Origin: an uncultured Desulfobulbaceae bacterium
GTDB lineage: Bacteria; Desulfobacterota; Desulfobulbia; Desulfobulbales; Desulfocapsaceae
DNA length: 61,995 bases
Assembly: GCA_937132035.1 (NCBI GenBank)
Contig: CAKZOA010000022.1
Coordinates: 1-61,995, forward strand
Direction: 5' to 3'
In this document: positions 39,497 to 48,998 of the stretch, one piece after another
Numbering within the stretch: position 1 is the first letter of the stretch
How the letters are laid out: each line of letters begins with the position of its first letter
The notes under the pieces: generated by a model
Database searches by the model: none
What the model was told of the DNA's origin: nothing
What the model saw: the letters and a program-made list of their open reading frames with translations, nothing else
Translations under genes and position numbers: made by a program

Positions 39497-42466
39497 ATGG
39501 CAACAGCCACCTTTATGAACAACATGCCCGCCAAACAAACCTTTCGCTTCAAGTCCTTTCATGAACTGATGACCCTTAGGGTCGCAGAAATACTTCTTGT
39601 TTCAAGTACATATGATGCATACATCATGCAGGAGGACGGCCCCTTGGCGGAAAGGATCATCCATGAATACCGAGGGCTCAATCTCAGCCGACCGCCGCGG
39701 CTGAGCTGGAGTTCCAACGGCTCACAGGCACTGGCGGCAATAGAGGGGGGCAACTACGACCTGGTCATCGTTATGCCCCACATCGGCGATATGGACTCCT
39801 ACGATCTCTGCGCCCGCATAAAGGAGATCAACCCCGGACTGCCGATTTACTATTTCGCCTACGATGCCGGCCGCATCCTCGAGGAGCAGGACCACATGGA
39901 CCGTTCGGTCATCGACCGAACCCTGCTCTGGTCCGGCAATACCGATCTGCTTTTGGCCATCGTCAAAAACGAAGAAGATCGAATGAACGTCGAACTGGAC
40001 ACCAAACTGGCCGATATTCGCGTCATTATTTTCGTCGAGGATTCTCCCTTTTACCTCTCCTCCCTGCTGCCGGTTCTCTATCGGGAGCTGGTGCTTCAAA
40101 CCCAGGCGGTCATGGACGACTCGCTCAACGAGAAAGACCGCCTGCTGCGCATGCGGACACGGCCGAAAATTGTGGTGGCAGAGAACTATGAGCAGGCCTG
40201 GGATCTCTACCAGCGCTTCAAAGACTATCTTTTCTGCGTCATCTCCGATGTCAGATTCTTCAAAGAAGGACGCGAAGATCCCCAGGCGGGCATCACGCTG
40301 CTCACCAGAATATGTGAGGAACAGCACGACCTTCCCTTACTTGTTCTCAGCTCGGAACATCATAACAGAGAAAAAGCCCTGAACATCCCGGCCCAGTTCT
40401 TCGACAAAAACTCACCACGCCTGCATAACAATCTCGACAATTTCTTTAAACATTCCCTGGGATTCGGCAACTTCCTCTTTCGTCTCGAAAACGACGACAT
40501 CATCGACCGTGCCAGCAACCTGCGCTCCATGGCCAAGGTGCTCAAGACGGTTGACGGTGAATCACTGCGTCATCACGGCAGGAGAAACGATTTTTCCCGA
40601 TGGCTGATGGCCAGGTCCGAAATGGAGCTCGCCCAGCGTATCCGCGAGGTCATGATCGATGACTTCGACGATATTGAGGACGCCAGACAGTACCTAGTAA
40701 CCATTATCAAGAACAAGCTCAAAAAACGCCAGCAGGGGCTGGTCTCCGATTTCGTCCATAACGAATACGACCCCGACAGTGATTTCGTCAAAATCGGCAA
40801 GGGATCCCTGGGCGGCAAAGCCCGGGGACTCGCCTTTATCTCCAACCTGCTCAGACGGGAGACCAACTTCACCACAAGCTTCACAGGTGTTGATATCTCG
40901 CTGCCCAAGACCATGGTCATCACCACCGAAGGATTCGACCGCTTCGCCCAGCTCAATGATATCTACGAAGCCTTCGCCGACATAGAAGACGATACCCGCA
41001 TAAAAGAAGCCTTTCTCACTACCGAATTTCCTGAAGAACTCAAAGAGGACCTGCTGCTTTACCTCGAGCATACCAATTATCCGCTGGCCATCCGATCGTC
41101 GGCCATCCTCGAAGACGCCCACTATCGGGCCAGTGCCGGGGCTTACAATACCTACATGCTGCCCAATAACGCCGCCGACATCGAACACAGACTCGAACAG
41201 CTGACCAGGGCCGTAAAGCTCATCTACTCCTCGCTTTTTCAGCAAACACCCCGCATTCTCGCTAAAAACTCGGTCTACCGGCAGGAAGAAGATAAAATGG
41301 CCGTGATCATCCAGCAGCTCGTCGGCAGCCACCAGGACCAGTACTATTATCCGGCCATCTCCGGTGTGGCCCAGTCCTACAATTTTTATCCCGTCTCCCC
41401 CATGCAGCCGGCGGAAGGCGTGGCACACATCGCCCTGGGTCTTGGAAAAATCGTCGTCGATGAAGGTACCTCGTTGCGGTTCAGCCCCAAATATCCGCAG
41501 TTGCTGCCGCAGTTTTCCAGCCTCGACGATATCCTCAGAAACGCCCAGCGTTTCTTCTATGGCCTGTATCTTGGCAACGGCGCGGGCTCTCTGCTGGAAA
41601 ACACCATCGAGAAGGTCGCCATCGACGAGGCCGCCCATCACTATAGCGTGCGCAAACTCGCCTCCAGTTTTATCCCCGAAGACCAGAGGATACGCGACTT
41701 CTATACAGGAGAGGGTTATCCGGTCATCACTTTTGCCTCTATCCTCAAATATGGTGAATTCCCCCTGGGGGAGATACTCGGACGCCTGCTGCAGATAGGA
41801 GAAGAGGGCATGGGCTGCCCCGTGGAAATTGAATTTGCCGTCAACGTCGAACACAATATAAAACCGCACTTCTACCTTCTGCAGATCCGTCCCATGGCCG
41901 TGGCCCAGAGCAGGGCCGACGTCAGAATCAGCGAAGAAGATAAAAAGCGGGCATGGTGCTATTCCAATAAAGCCATGGGGCAGAGCCAGGAGACGGCTAT
42001 ACGCTCAGTGGTCTATGTACGGCCGAACCATTTCGATACGGCCAAGACCCGTGAAATAGCCGCCGAAATCCAGAAAATGAACGGCAGACTCAAGGTAGAG
42101 GGCAAAAGGTACCTGCTCATAGGTCCAGGCAGGTGGGGAACCTCGGACCAGTGGCTGGGGATTCCCATACAGTGGAGCGGCATCACCGAGGCCCAGACCA
42201 TCATCGAAACCACGTCGGAAAAACTTCACGCCGATCCTTCCCAGGGCAGCCACTTCTTCCATAATCTAACGACCCTGGGAATCAACTATCTGGGTGTGCC
42301 CCCTAAAGGTGGCAGCTCCATCGATCTGGAGTGGCTGGAGAGGCAGCCGGCACGACGGGAGACGCACTATCTGCGGTATGTGGAACTGGAAACACCGACA
42401 ATACTGAAAATCGACGGCAAGACGTCACAGGGGGTACTGCTGCCCGGCGGCGGCCCCGGCTCCTGA
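39497..42466 (+). CDS. Receiver-domain-modulated PEP/pyruvate-binding (PPDK_N) protein
   Basis: Two REC-like domains (ILLVSSTYD; IIFVEDS...ISD), IGKGSLGGKARGL, PLAIRSS, MAVIIQ, EIEFA, LLQIRP, GPGRWG, PSQGSHFF. Confidence 0.85.
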   Translation: MATATFMNNMPAKQTFRFKSFHELMTLRVAEILLVSSTYDAYIMQEDGPLAERIIHEYRGLNLSRPPRLSWSSNGSQALAAIEGGNYDLVIVMPHIGDMDSYDLCARIKEINPGLPIYYFAYDAGRILEEQDHMDRSVIDRTLLWSGNTDLLLAIVKNEEDRMNVELDTKLADIRVIIFVEDSPFYLSSLLPVLYRELVLQTQAVMDDSLNEKDRLLRMRTRPKIVVAENYEQAWDLYQRFKDYLFCVISDVRFFKEGREDPQAGITLLTRICEEQHDLPLLVLSSEHHNREKALNIPAQFFDKNSPRLHNNLDNFFKHSLGFGNFLFRLENDDIIDRASNLRSMAKVLKTVDGESLRHHGRRNDFSRWLMARSEMELAQRIREVMIDDFDDIEDARQYLVTIIKNKLKKRQQGLVSDFVHNEYDPDSDFVKIGKGSLGGKARGLAFISNLLRRETNFTTSFTGVDISLPKTMVITTEGFDRFAQLNDIYEAFADIEDDTRIKEAFLTTEFPEELKEDLLLYLEHTNYPLAIRSSAILEDAHYRASAGAYNTYMLPNNAADIEHRLEQLTRAVKLIYSSLFQQTPRILAKNSVYRQEEDKMAVIIQQLVGSHQDQYYYPAISGVAQSYNFYPVSPMQPAEGVAHIALGLGKIVVDEGTSLRFSPKYPQLLPQFSSLDDILRNAQRFFYGLYLGNGAGSLLENTIEKVAIDEAAHHYSVRKLASSFIPEDQRIRDFYTGEGYPVITFASILKYGEFPLGEILGRLLQIGEEGMGCPVEIEFAVNVEHNIKPHFYLLQIRPMAVAQSRADVRISEEDKKRAWCYSNKAMGQSQETAIRSVVYVRPNHFDTAKTREIAAEIQKMNGRLKVEGKRYLLIGPGRWGTSDQWLGIPIQWSGITEAQTIIETTSEKLHADPSQGSHFFHNLTTLGINYLGVPPKGGSSIDLEWLERQPARRETHYLRYVELETPTILKIDGKTSQGVLLPGGGPGS

Positions 42467-42497
42467 AAAAGATTCGTTATACCACCCCTTAGGGCTT

Positions 42498-42983
42498 TCA
42501 GCCTGCAGGCGGACCCGAATCTTCAGCCCCGACAAGCTCTAATACCTTGTCGGCGACGGAAGTAATACTGACAGCCACCTCGGGGCTGAGGCCCTCTCCG
42601 AGCGTATCGAAGCACTTCCCCTCCGTCCCGACGAGATACACCTCAGATGGCGTCTGCTCCGGGTAAAGTCGCCTGCTGACCTCGACGGCCTCGCGAATGC
42701 CGATACCGTGGCAGGAAACATGCGAGGCGCTCACCGGCAACTGATCCCAGGGGAGCATATGAACGGTGCCGGCATCGGCCCCCAGCTGGAGAGCGTCGAC
42801 GACGATGAGAAGATCCTCGCCGGCAAATTCACCGAGCATGGCCATACCGCCAAGCCCCATCAGCCGGAGCCGGACCGTCGATGGCAAACGTCGCCTGCAG
42901 AGTTCCTCATAGACTGCCGGGCCAACGCCGTCATCGGCGACAAGATCGTTGCCGATGCAGACTATCAGCACCTTTCTGTTCAT
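42498..42983 (-). CDS. Hydrogenase maturation protease (second locus)
   Basis: CIGNDLVADDGVG, IVVDA, SCH. Confidence 0.9.
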   Translation of the reverse strand: MNRKVLIVCIGNDLVADDGVGPAVYEELCRRRLPSTVRLRLMGLGGMAMLGEFAGEDLLIVVDALQLGADAGTVHMLPWDQLPVSASHVSCHGIGIREAVEVSRRLYPEQTPSEVYLVGTEGKCFDTLGEGLSPEVAVSITSVADKVLELVGAEDSGPPAG

Positions 42984-43465
42984 GCCTGTCGACTTGGTGG
43001 CGCTCCGGCAAAGGCCAGGTTGAAACTGCAGGTATCACCGGCGCTGATGGTTCGGGGCCGGGCCGGCCGCCCGGTGAACTCGGCCATGATGCCGGCGACA
43101 TAATAGTGGAACATCTGACAGGCGGCGCCGTCTAGTTCCATTTTGCGCTCCCTACAGACCGAGCCGATGGGACAGTGATCAATGGTGATAGCCGCTTCCT
43201 TGCCCTGCATCTCAGCCGAAATTTCCATCTGCTGGATGCGAAAGACCCGGACCAGCTCGCTCAAGGCGTTTTCCGGGGTCGGGTCTTTGAGGTAGATGGG
43301 CATATTACCCGCCATCTTGCGGCCGGCGGCTACTGCCAGCGAAGGAGTCGACTTGCCGACGAACTTCTCGATGGTATCGACAAACATATCGAGCAAAAAG
43401 CAGACCTCGATGAAGGCCTTGTCGTGGTCCTCGGCAGTGAGCTGCAGTTCTGATGTCTCTATCAT
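42980..43465 (-). CDS. V4R-domain protein
   Basis: AAGRKMA helix, HCPI, CQMFHYYVAGIMAEFTG, GDTCSF: V4R-type Cys pattern. Confidence 0.72.
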   Translation of the reverse strand: MIETSELQLTAEDHDKAFIEVCFLLDMFVDTIEKFVGKSTPSLAVAAGRKMAGNMPIYLKDPTPENALSELVRVFRIQQMEISAEMQGKEAAITIDHCPIGSVCRERKMELDGAACQMFHYYVAGIMAEFTGRPARPRTISAGDTCSFNLAFAGAPPSRQA

Positions 43466-43713
43466 AAAAACTTCTCCATACGCTGACTGAAATGGATGTT
43501 ACGGTAAAAATTGGCGACGACGTGATGATTGCTGTGCGATATCGCTCCCGAAGGGCAGATGTAACCGCAGCTGAGACAGGCGATGCAGTTCTCCAGCACC
43601 TTAACCTCGGCCTTCTGGGTTTGCTCGTTAAAGGAAAAACAGTCGGTCGGACAGACATCGAGGCACAGCTGGCATCCGCGACAGGCCTTCTCCTTAATTG
43701 TCATCTCAAGCAT
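43462..43713 (-). CDS. 2x[4Fe-4S] ferredoxin
   Basis: CRGCQLCLDVCP and CIACLSCGYICP. Confidence 0.9.
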   Translation of the reverse strand: MLEMTIKEKACRGCQLCLDVCPTDCFSFNEQTQKAEVKVLENCIACLSCGYICPSGAISHSNHHVVANFYRNIHFSQRMEKFL

Positions 43714-45130
43714 TGGTGTTCCTCCTTATTCTGCGGATGATCCTGCCTCCCTTCGATATGTCGACATCCAGGGCCATTTTGCCGATGGCATGCGTTGAGC
43801 AGGCAAGACAGGGGTCGTAGCAGCGGACCACGAATTCGAGACTGTTGAGCATGGCCTCATCGCTGGTTTCCTTGAGCAGATTGTTGGCCCCCTCCTTGAG
43901 GGAATTATTGATAGCCGCGGTATTCTGCTGGGTGGCAATGATCATATTGGCTGCCCGAACGATGCCACGATCATCAATGTCATACTCATGAATGAGGGTT
44001 CCTCTCGGCGCCTCGATATGGGCAATGCCGGTTTTGCCTTTATAGTCGGCAGCCACTCTGGCCTCACCGCGCAGAGCCGGATCATTGACCAGCTCATGGG
44101 CTTTCTCACAGCAGTAGACCAGTTCGATGAGCTTGGCATATAATTGCAGTACGGCATTATGGCAGGGAGTGGAAAACTGTTTTTTGAAGAGTTCGAATTC
44201 CTTCTGGGCCAGAGGGGTTTCCATGCCGTCGGCGACATTGATACGGGCCAGTGGTCCGACACGATACATCTGTTCGCCGCCGGCCATGTTGAGGTAGACC
44301 TCCTTGGCATAGGAATTCTGAACCGCCCTCTCGCTCATCATCTCCTTGTAGGCTTCCGGCGCAAACTCCTGCCGAGAGGCGCCGGCCGCATCCATGGGCC
44401 GCAGCATGCCATCGTAGACGTTGAGCTTGCCGCCCTTGACGGTTCCCAGATACCAGCTTTCCGAGTTGAGCCTGTCGAGGAGGACAGGGTTGGCATCGAG
44501 CAGGTCGAAAAGCATGGTTTTGGTTTTCTGGGCGAGCTCATGCACCAGCTGCACCGATTCCGCGGTCAGCTCCTGCAGACGCTGAAACTGGCCGTCGCTG
44601 AGCTTGAAAGAGATGCCGCCGGCCACGGCCGTAACCGGATGGATGCCCCGGCCGCCGATGGTTTCGTTGATCTTCTGGCCGAGACTGCGCAAACGAAGTC
44701 CTTTTTTGGTTAGCTCAGGATCGGCATCGACCATGCCGACAATGTTCTGGGTGGCCATATTGCCGTTGAGGCCGAAGACCAGGTCCGGACCGGCGAGGAC
44801 GAACAACGACAGGCTGTGGGAGTGAATAAAATGCCCCATATACATGAACTCGCGCAACAGCTTGGCCGCAGGCGGCAGCTCGACGCCGGCGGCATTGTCG
44901 AGAGCCTTGGCGGCTACCAGATGATGGGCGGTAGGGCAGACGCCGCAGATGCGGGCGGTGACCTGGGGCATGGTTGATGCTTCCATGCCGACGAGAATAC
45001 GCTCAAAGCCCCGCAGCTCATTGACACAAAAGTTTGCCTCGCTGATAGCTCCTGAATCGTCGCATTCAAGCAGGATGCGGGCATGCCCTTCAATTCGGGT
45101 CACCGGGTCGATTTTTATAGTTTTACTCAT
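43706..45130 (-). CDS. Group 3c-like [NiFe]-hydrogenase large subunit (second, Hdr-independent locus)
   Basis: DPVTRIEGH, RGFE, L1 RICGVC, EAPRGTLIH, L2 RCYDPCLACSTH followed by a C-terminal extension. Confidence 0.92.
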   Translation of the reverse strand: MSKTIKIDPVTRIEGHARILLECDDSGAISEANFCVNELRGFERILVGMEASTMPQVTARICGVCPTAHHLVAAKALDNAAGVELPPAAKLLREFMYMGHFIHSHSLSLFVLAGPDLVFGLNGNMATQNIVGMVDADPELTKKGLRLRSLGQKINETIGGRGIHPVTAVAGGISFKLSDGQFQRLQELTAESVQLVHELAQKTKTMLFDLLDANPVLLDRLNSESWYLGTVKGGKLNVYDGMLRPMDAAGASRQEFAPEAYKEMMSERAVQNSYAKEVYLNMAGGEQMYRVGPLARINVADGMETPLAQKEFELFKKQFSTPCHNAVLQLYAKLIELVYCCEKAHELVNDPALRGEARVAADYKGKTGIAHIEAPRGTLIHEYDIDDRGIVRAANMIIATQQNTAAINNSLKEGANNLLKETSDEAMLNSLEFVVRCYDPCLACSTHAIGKMALDVDISKGGRIIRRIRRNTNA

Positions 45131-46062
45131 TTTCCTGCCTCCACATCTGCAATCCACTTCTGGATCAAAAAGGTCGGTTTGTTGCCAATCATCTTGGTGG
45201 CCATGGCATAGGCATAATGGGTTTTTGCCGATTTTTCCATTTGACCGATGATGGTGTCTTTGTCTATGGCGGTAAGGCGGGCCATGCGGTCACTGACCTC
45301 CGTTCGGATGTCATGGTTCGGTTCCGAGAGGACCTGCATGGTCGGGCCGGCGCAGCCCGTGCACATGATTCCATGGTTGGGACACGGCGCCAGGCAACGG
45401 TCCAGAGTAACGGATCCCAGACATATATAGCCTTGACTGAGGAAGCAGATATCATCGTCAGGCATGCCCTCCTGGCTGTTCTTGATGGCATCGACCTCGC
45501 TTTTCTTCATCAGCCGCTTGCAGCCGGCACACACCGTCTCCTGTCCGGCCTTGGGCTCTTTCTGCTCCAGCAGGGTCTTGAGACTTTCGAAGATGTAGTG
45601 GGCATGCGGCGGACAGCCGGGAAGATACAGGTCAACGTCGATGACCTCATCAACGGGGATGACCTGATGTTCCAGGCCCGTTATCTCCGCACTGGGCACA
45701 AAGTCGGTCCTGGTGGTCGGCGTCGTCTTGTAGACATAGTCCATGATCTCTTCCTTGGTATGGGCCAGTCCCGCACCATGAAGTCCGCCGTAAACGGCGC
45801 AGGTGCCGAAGGCGATGATGGTCTTGCAGGTGTTGCGCATCTCGATGGCCGCATGCCGGTCGTGCTCCGTTCGTATCGAACCGGTGAGTATGCCGATATC
45901 GGCTTCGGGATAATCCTTGACATCGGTCAAGACCGGGCATTTCTGAATATGGATATCTTCGAGAACATTGAGAATCTTTTCGTGCAGATCGACAATGGCC
46001 ACATGACAGCCGCCGCAGTCACAGAGCCATTCGGTGTTAAGGCGAACTTTTTCACCACTCAT
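45127..46062 (-). CDS. [NiFe]-hydrogenase small subunit (MvhG-like)
   Basis: DCGGCH, FGTCA, PGCPP, VCAGC, CFLSQGYICLG, CTGCAGP. Confidence 0.9.
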   Translation of the reverse strand: MSGEKVRLNTEWLCDCGGCHVAIVDLHEKILNVLEDIHIQKCPVLTDVKDYPEADIGILTGSIRTEHDRHAAIEMRNTCKTIIAFGTCAVYGGLHGAGLAHTKEEIMDYVYKTTPTTRTDFVPSAEITGLEHQVIPVDEVIDVDLYLPGCPPHAHYIFESLKTLLEQKEPKAGQETVCAGCKRLMKKSEVDAIKNSQEGMPDDDICFLSQGYICLGSVTLDRCLAPCPNHGIMCTGCAGPTMQVLSEPNHDIRTEVSDRMARLTAIDKDTIIGQMEKSAKTHYAYAMATKMIGNKPTFLIQKWIADVEAGK

Positions 46063-46094
46063 ACGTTTACTCCTCTTGCGAGATATTTTATAGC

Positions 46095-46589
46095 TCAAGC
46101 ATCGACCGTCAGTACCTTGAGACAAGCGTTTTCACCGGCATGCTTGATTTCCAGGGTCGCCTTCTTGCCCATAATTGATTCCAGCGCTCCGGCAAAAAAG
46201 CCGTACATCATATTGCACAGCGATCCCTCCTGGGGGTGACCGAAGCGAAACAAGGCCTGGCGTATCATGCAGTCGCGGAATACCAGCTGAACCTGATGCT
46301 GACCCTGCTCATTGGTGGTTATCAGCTCTTCCTGCGAGGCGGGCTTGAAAGGTTCAAACCCCCAGAGGCAATGATTCTGCACCAGAATATCACGCACTTC
46401 GGCAACCGCTTCGAGCAGATCGTCCGTCTGCTTTGCACCTTGGGAAAATTCCCTGCCGAGGCTGCGGCCGGCCGACATGGTCATACTGTTGGCCCCCCGC
46501 CCCAATATCGGCTCAATGCCTGCAGAAAGTGCCGCCATAAAGTTCATCGTTTCCTGCAGAGTGCGTCTTTTTTTTAAGATTTCATCCAC
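46095..46589 (-). CDS. V4R-domain protein, first gene of the second hydrogenase operon
   Basis: GTG start at 46589 after AAGGAGGAG. SAGRSLG, DCMIR, LCNMMYGFFAGALE, GENAC. Confidence 0.72.
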   Translation of the reverse strand: MDEILKKRRTLQETMNFMAALSAGIEPILGRGANSMTMSAGRSLGREFSQGAKQTDDLLEAVAEVRDILVQNHCLWGFEPFKPASQEELITTNEQGQHQVQLVFRDCMIRQALFRFGHPQEGSLCNMMYGFFAGALESIMGKKATLEIKHAGENACLKVLTVDA

Positions 46590-46970
46590 TTCAGAGCTCC
46601 TCCTTACGAGATTTCCTCTATTTACGCCTGCCCTGCGAATGGCGGCAAGCGTTTCAATCTTCTGATGTTCTGCAGCAGCCGAACCGGTACTCACCCCGAA
46701 ATCCATGACGCTCTGCTGCCGCTGAGGCTCAGGCAATGGCTGGGCACGATAGGCACGCTCCCTTCCGCTTTCACTTGAGAATACTTCTCACAAGCACTGC
46801 TGAAACTACAATAGCCTAGCCCCATATTCAAGTTTTATTGATGGTATTCGCCCGTCACCCCGTAAAAATATATGAAAATATATCTAAGGTGTGGCACTAT
46901 AGCATACATTTGGACCTATTACATGCTGGTAATTGAAAAAGAGGGTTTTGGGGGAGTGACAGCGTAAAAC

Positions 46971-48998
46971 ATGGATGCACTCGACGACAACAGCGCCGAC
47001 AACAAGCTCTCGGCAACGGATTATGCGATCATTACCTGCAACAGGGATGAAACCATAGTCAGCTGGGACGATCGGGCCGAAAAGACCTTCGGCTGGACGG
47101 CCAGGGAGGCAGTGGGCCAGAAGATCTTTTATCTGCTGCTGCCGACCGCACCGGAATCCATCCCCAGCCTGACTCTTACCGATATCATTTCCACCGGTCA
47201 CGACAATTTTTCGGAACAGTTCAACCTCTCCCAGCTGGCTCAACACAAGAACGGCTCCACCTTTAAGGCTCATTTTCTCATCTTCACCGTCAAGGATACG
47301 ACCTCGCTCATTGTTCTGGTCCGCGACCTCGGCAAGCAGCAACGTCTTCTGGCCAAGATCAATGACAGTTTTGACCAGCAGACCCTGCTCGATGATGTCC
47401 TGAAGATCTCCGTCGAACCATTGCCGCTCAGCAACCAGCTGGAAAAGATTCTCGACCGCCTTTTCGAGGTGCCACAGCTGCAGCTTCTCCCCAGAGCCGC
47501 GGTTTTTCTCGCCGAAGCAGACAGTGATGCCTTTACCCTCAAGGCTCGCCGGGGCTTCAATGAGTCCATTACCCTGCAGTGCGCCTGTTACCCGCAGGGG
47601 GTCTGCCGCTACGGCCAGTCTGCGCAGTATGAGACCTTCCGCCTTTCCTCCTGCACCAGAAGCAAAAGCCTCGACACCTGTCACTACGCCTCCTCCCACG
47701 GCCATTACAGTACGCCCATCCGCAAGGGAGAAAAGACCATCGGCATCATCTGTTTATACACCCGCAAAAGCCACACATTCAGCGCCGCCACTGAGCAGCT
47801 CGTCCAGTCGATCTGCAATATCATCGCCACCATGGTCGAGACCAGGGAGATGGATCTCCAGCTCATCCATCTTGTTCACGACCAGCAGCTTTCCATCAAC
47901 GAGATCAAGGAGCAGAAAAAATTCTCCGAATCGATTATCCAGGGCCTTACCACCGGCCTTATCGTCACCGACCTCGAAGGCAATATTCATACCTACAACG
48001 CCCTTGCCGAGTCGATCATGTCCTCGTTTACAAAGAGTCTCAGCAACAAAAACCTCCTCGAGGTCGTCGGCCAGGACGCCGCTGCCCGGATGCTCGACAT
48101 ACATCACAGCAGAGAAATGGGACTGGAGCAGGAGCTCTGTATAACCTCTGAAAATGGGGACAAGAAAATCATCGGCTATTCAGTAGTCGCCCGCGAGGAC
48201 GCCATGGGCACACAGGTAGGCCGTATCCTTTCCATCAACGACATATCCGAACTCAAATACGTGCGCAAGGAAATGGAGAAGATGAACAGGCTGGCCACCG
48301 TCGCCGAGATCGCCTCCGCCGTCGCCCACGAGGTGCGCAACCCCCTGGCCGGAATCAAGATCATGGCCCAATCCATCCAGGGCCAGTCGGTCACCCAGGC
48401 AGAGCAGACCGAGTGCCTGACACGCATAATACGGCAGGTCGACAGACTGAACTCGCTGCTGACCGAGTTTTTCTCCTACGCTCGCCCAGCCGAACCGCAG
48501 ATCTGCGCCACTTCCCTCACCGACATCATCACTGAAACCCAGCACCTCATAGCCAACAAGATGCTCAAGAGCCACATAGTCTTCAAAGAGGACTACCAGG
48601 AAAAGCTCCCGGCCATTGTCGCCGACCCCAACCAGGTCCAGCAGGTGCTGCTCAATTTGTTTCTCAACGCCATGGACGCCATTCAACAGGGCGGCATTAT
48701 CCGCCTCACGACGGTCCACATTAAAGGCGGCGAACTCTCGCGTCACCGTAAAAAGTACCCGGGACTCCTGCCCCAGTCCTCCTATGTGGCCATGTCCGTT
48801 GCCGACAACGGCACTGGCATGTCCCCGGAGGTTGCCGAAAAGGTTTTCGAACCTTTTTTCACCACCAAATCCACCGGAACCGGACTGGGACTTTCCATTG
48901 TCTACCGAACACTCAGGGAAAACAACGCCGCCATTATCGTCGAGAGCACCCCTAATCAGGGGACAACCTTCACCATCTACTTTTCGACGGAGCACTAA
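46971..48998 (+). CDS. PAS-GAF-PAS sensor histidine kinase
   Basis: PAS (SWDDRAEKTFGW), GAF, PAS, H-box VAHEVRNPL, NLFLNA, DNGTG, FEPFFTTK, GLGL. No TM segments, so probably cytoplasmic. Confidence 0.92.
   Translation: MDALDDNSADNKLSATDYAIITCNRDETIVSWDDRAEKTFGWTAREAVGQKIFYLLLPTAPESIPSLTLTDIISTGHDNFSEQFNLSQLAQHKNGSTFKAHFLIFTVKDTTSLIVLVRDLGKQQRLLAKINDSFDQQTLLDDVLKISVEPLPLSNQLEKILDRLFEVPQLQLLPRAAVFLAEADSDAFTLKARRGFNESITLQCACYPQGVCRYGQSAQYETFRLSSCTRSKSLDTCHYASSHGHYSTPIRKGEKTIGIICLYTRKSHTFSAATEQLVQSICNIIATMVETREMDLQLIHLVHDQQLSINEIKEQKKFSESIIQGLTTGLIVTDLEGNIHTYNALAESIMSSFTKSLSNKNLLEVVGQDAAARMLDIHHSREMGLEQELCITSENGDKKIIGYSVVAREDAMGTQVGRILSINDISELKYVRKEMEKMNRLATVAEIASAVAHEVRNPLAGIKIMAQSIQGQSVTQAEQTECLTRIIRQVDRLNSLLTEFFSYARPAEPQICATSLTDIITETQHLIANKMLKSHIVFKEDYQEKLPAIVADPNQVQQVLLNLFLNAMDAIQQGGIIRLTTVHIKGGELSRHRKKYPGLLPQSSYVAMSVADNGTGMSPEVAEKVFEPFFTTKSTGTGLGLSIVYRTLRENNAAIIVESTPNQGTTFTIYFSTEH

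Noticed and set aside
46590-46736. Longer TTG-start version of the V4R gene
   Set aside because: The TTG has no RBS, whereas GTG 46589 has AAGGAGGAG at the right spacing and gives a length matching the paralogue.
46892-46907. TGGCAC upstream of the kinase as a sigma54 promoter
   Set aside because: No GC at the -12 position (TGGCACTATAGCATAC).
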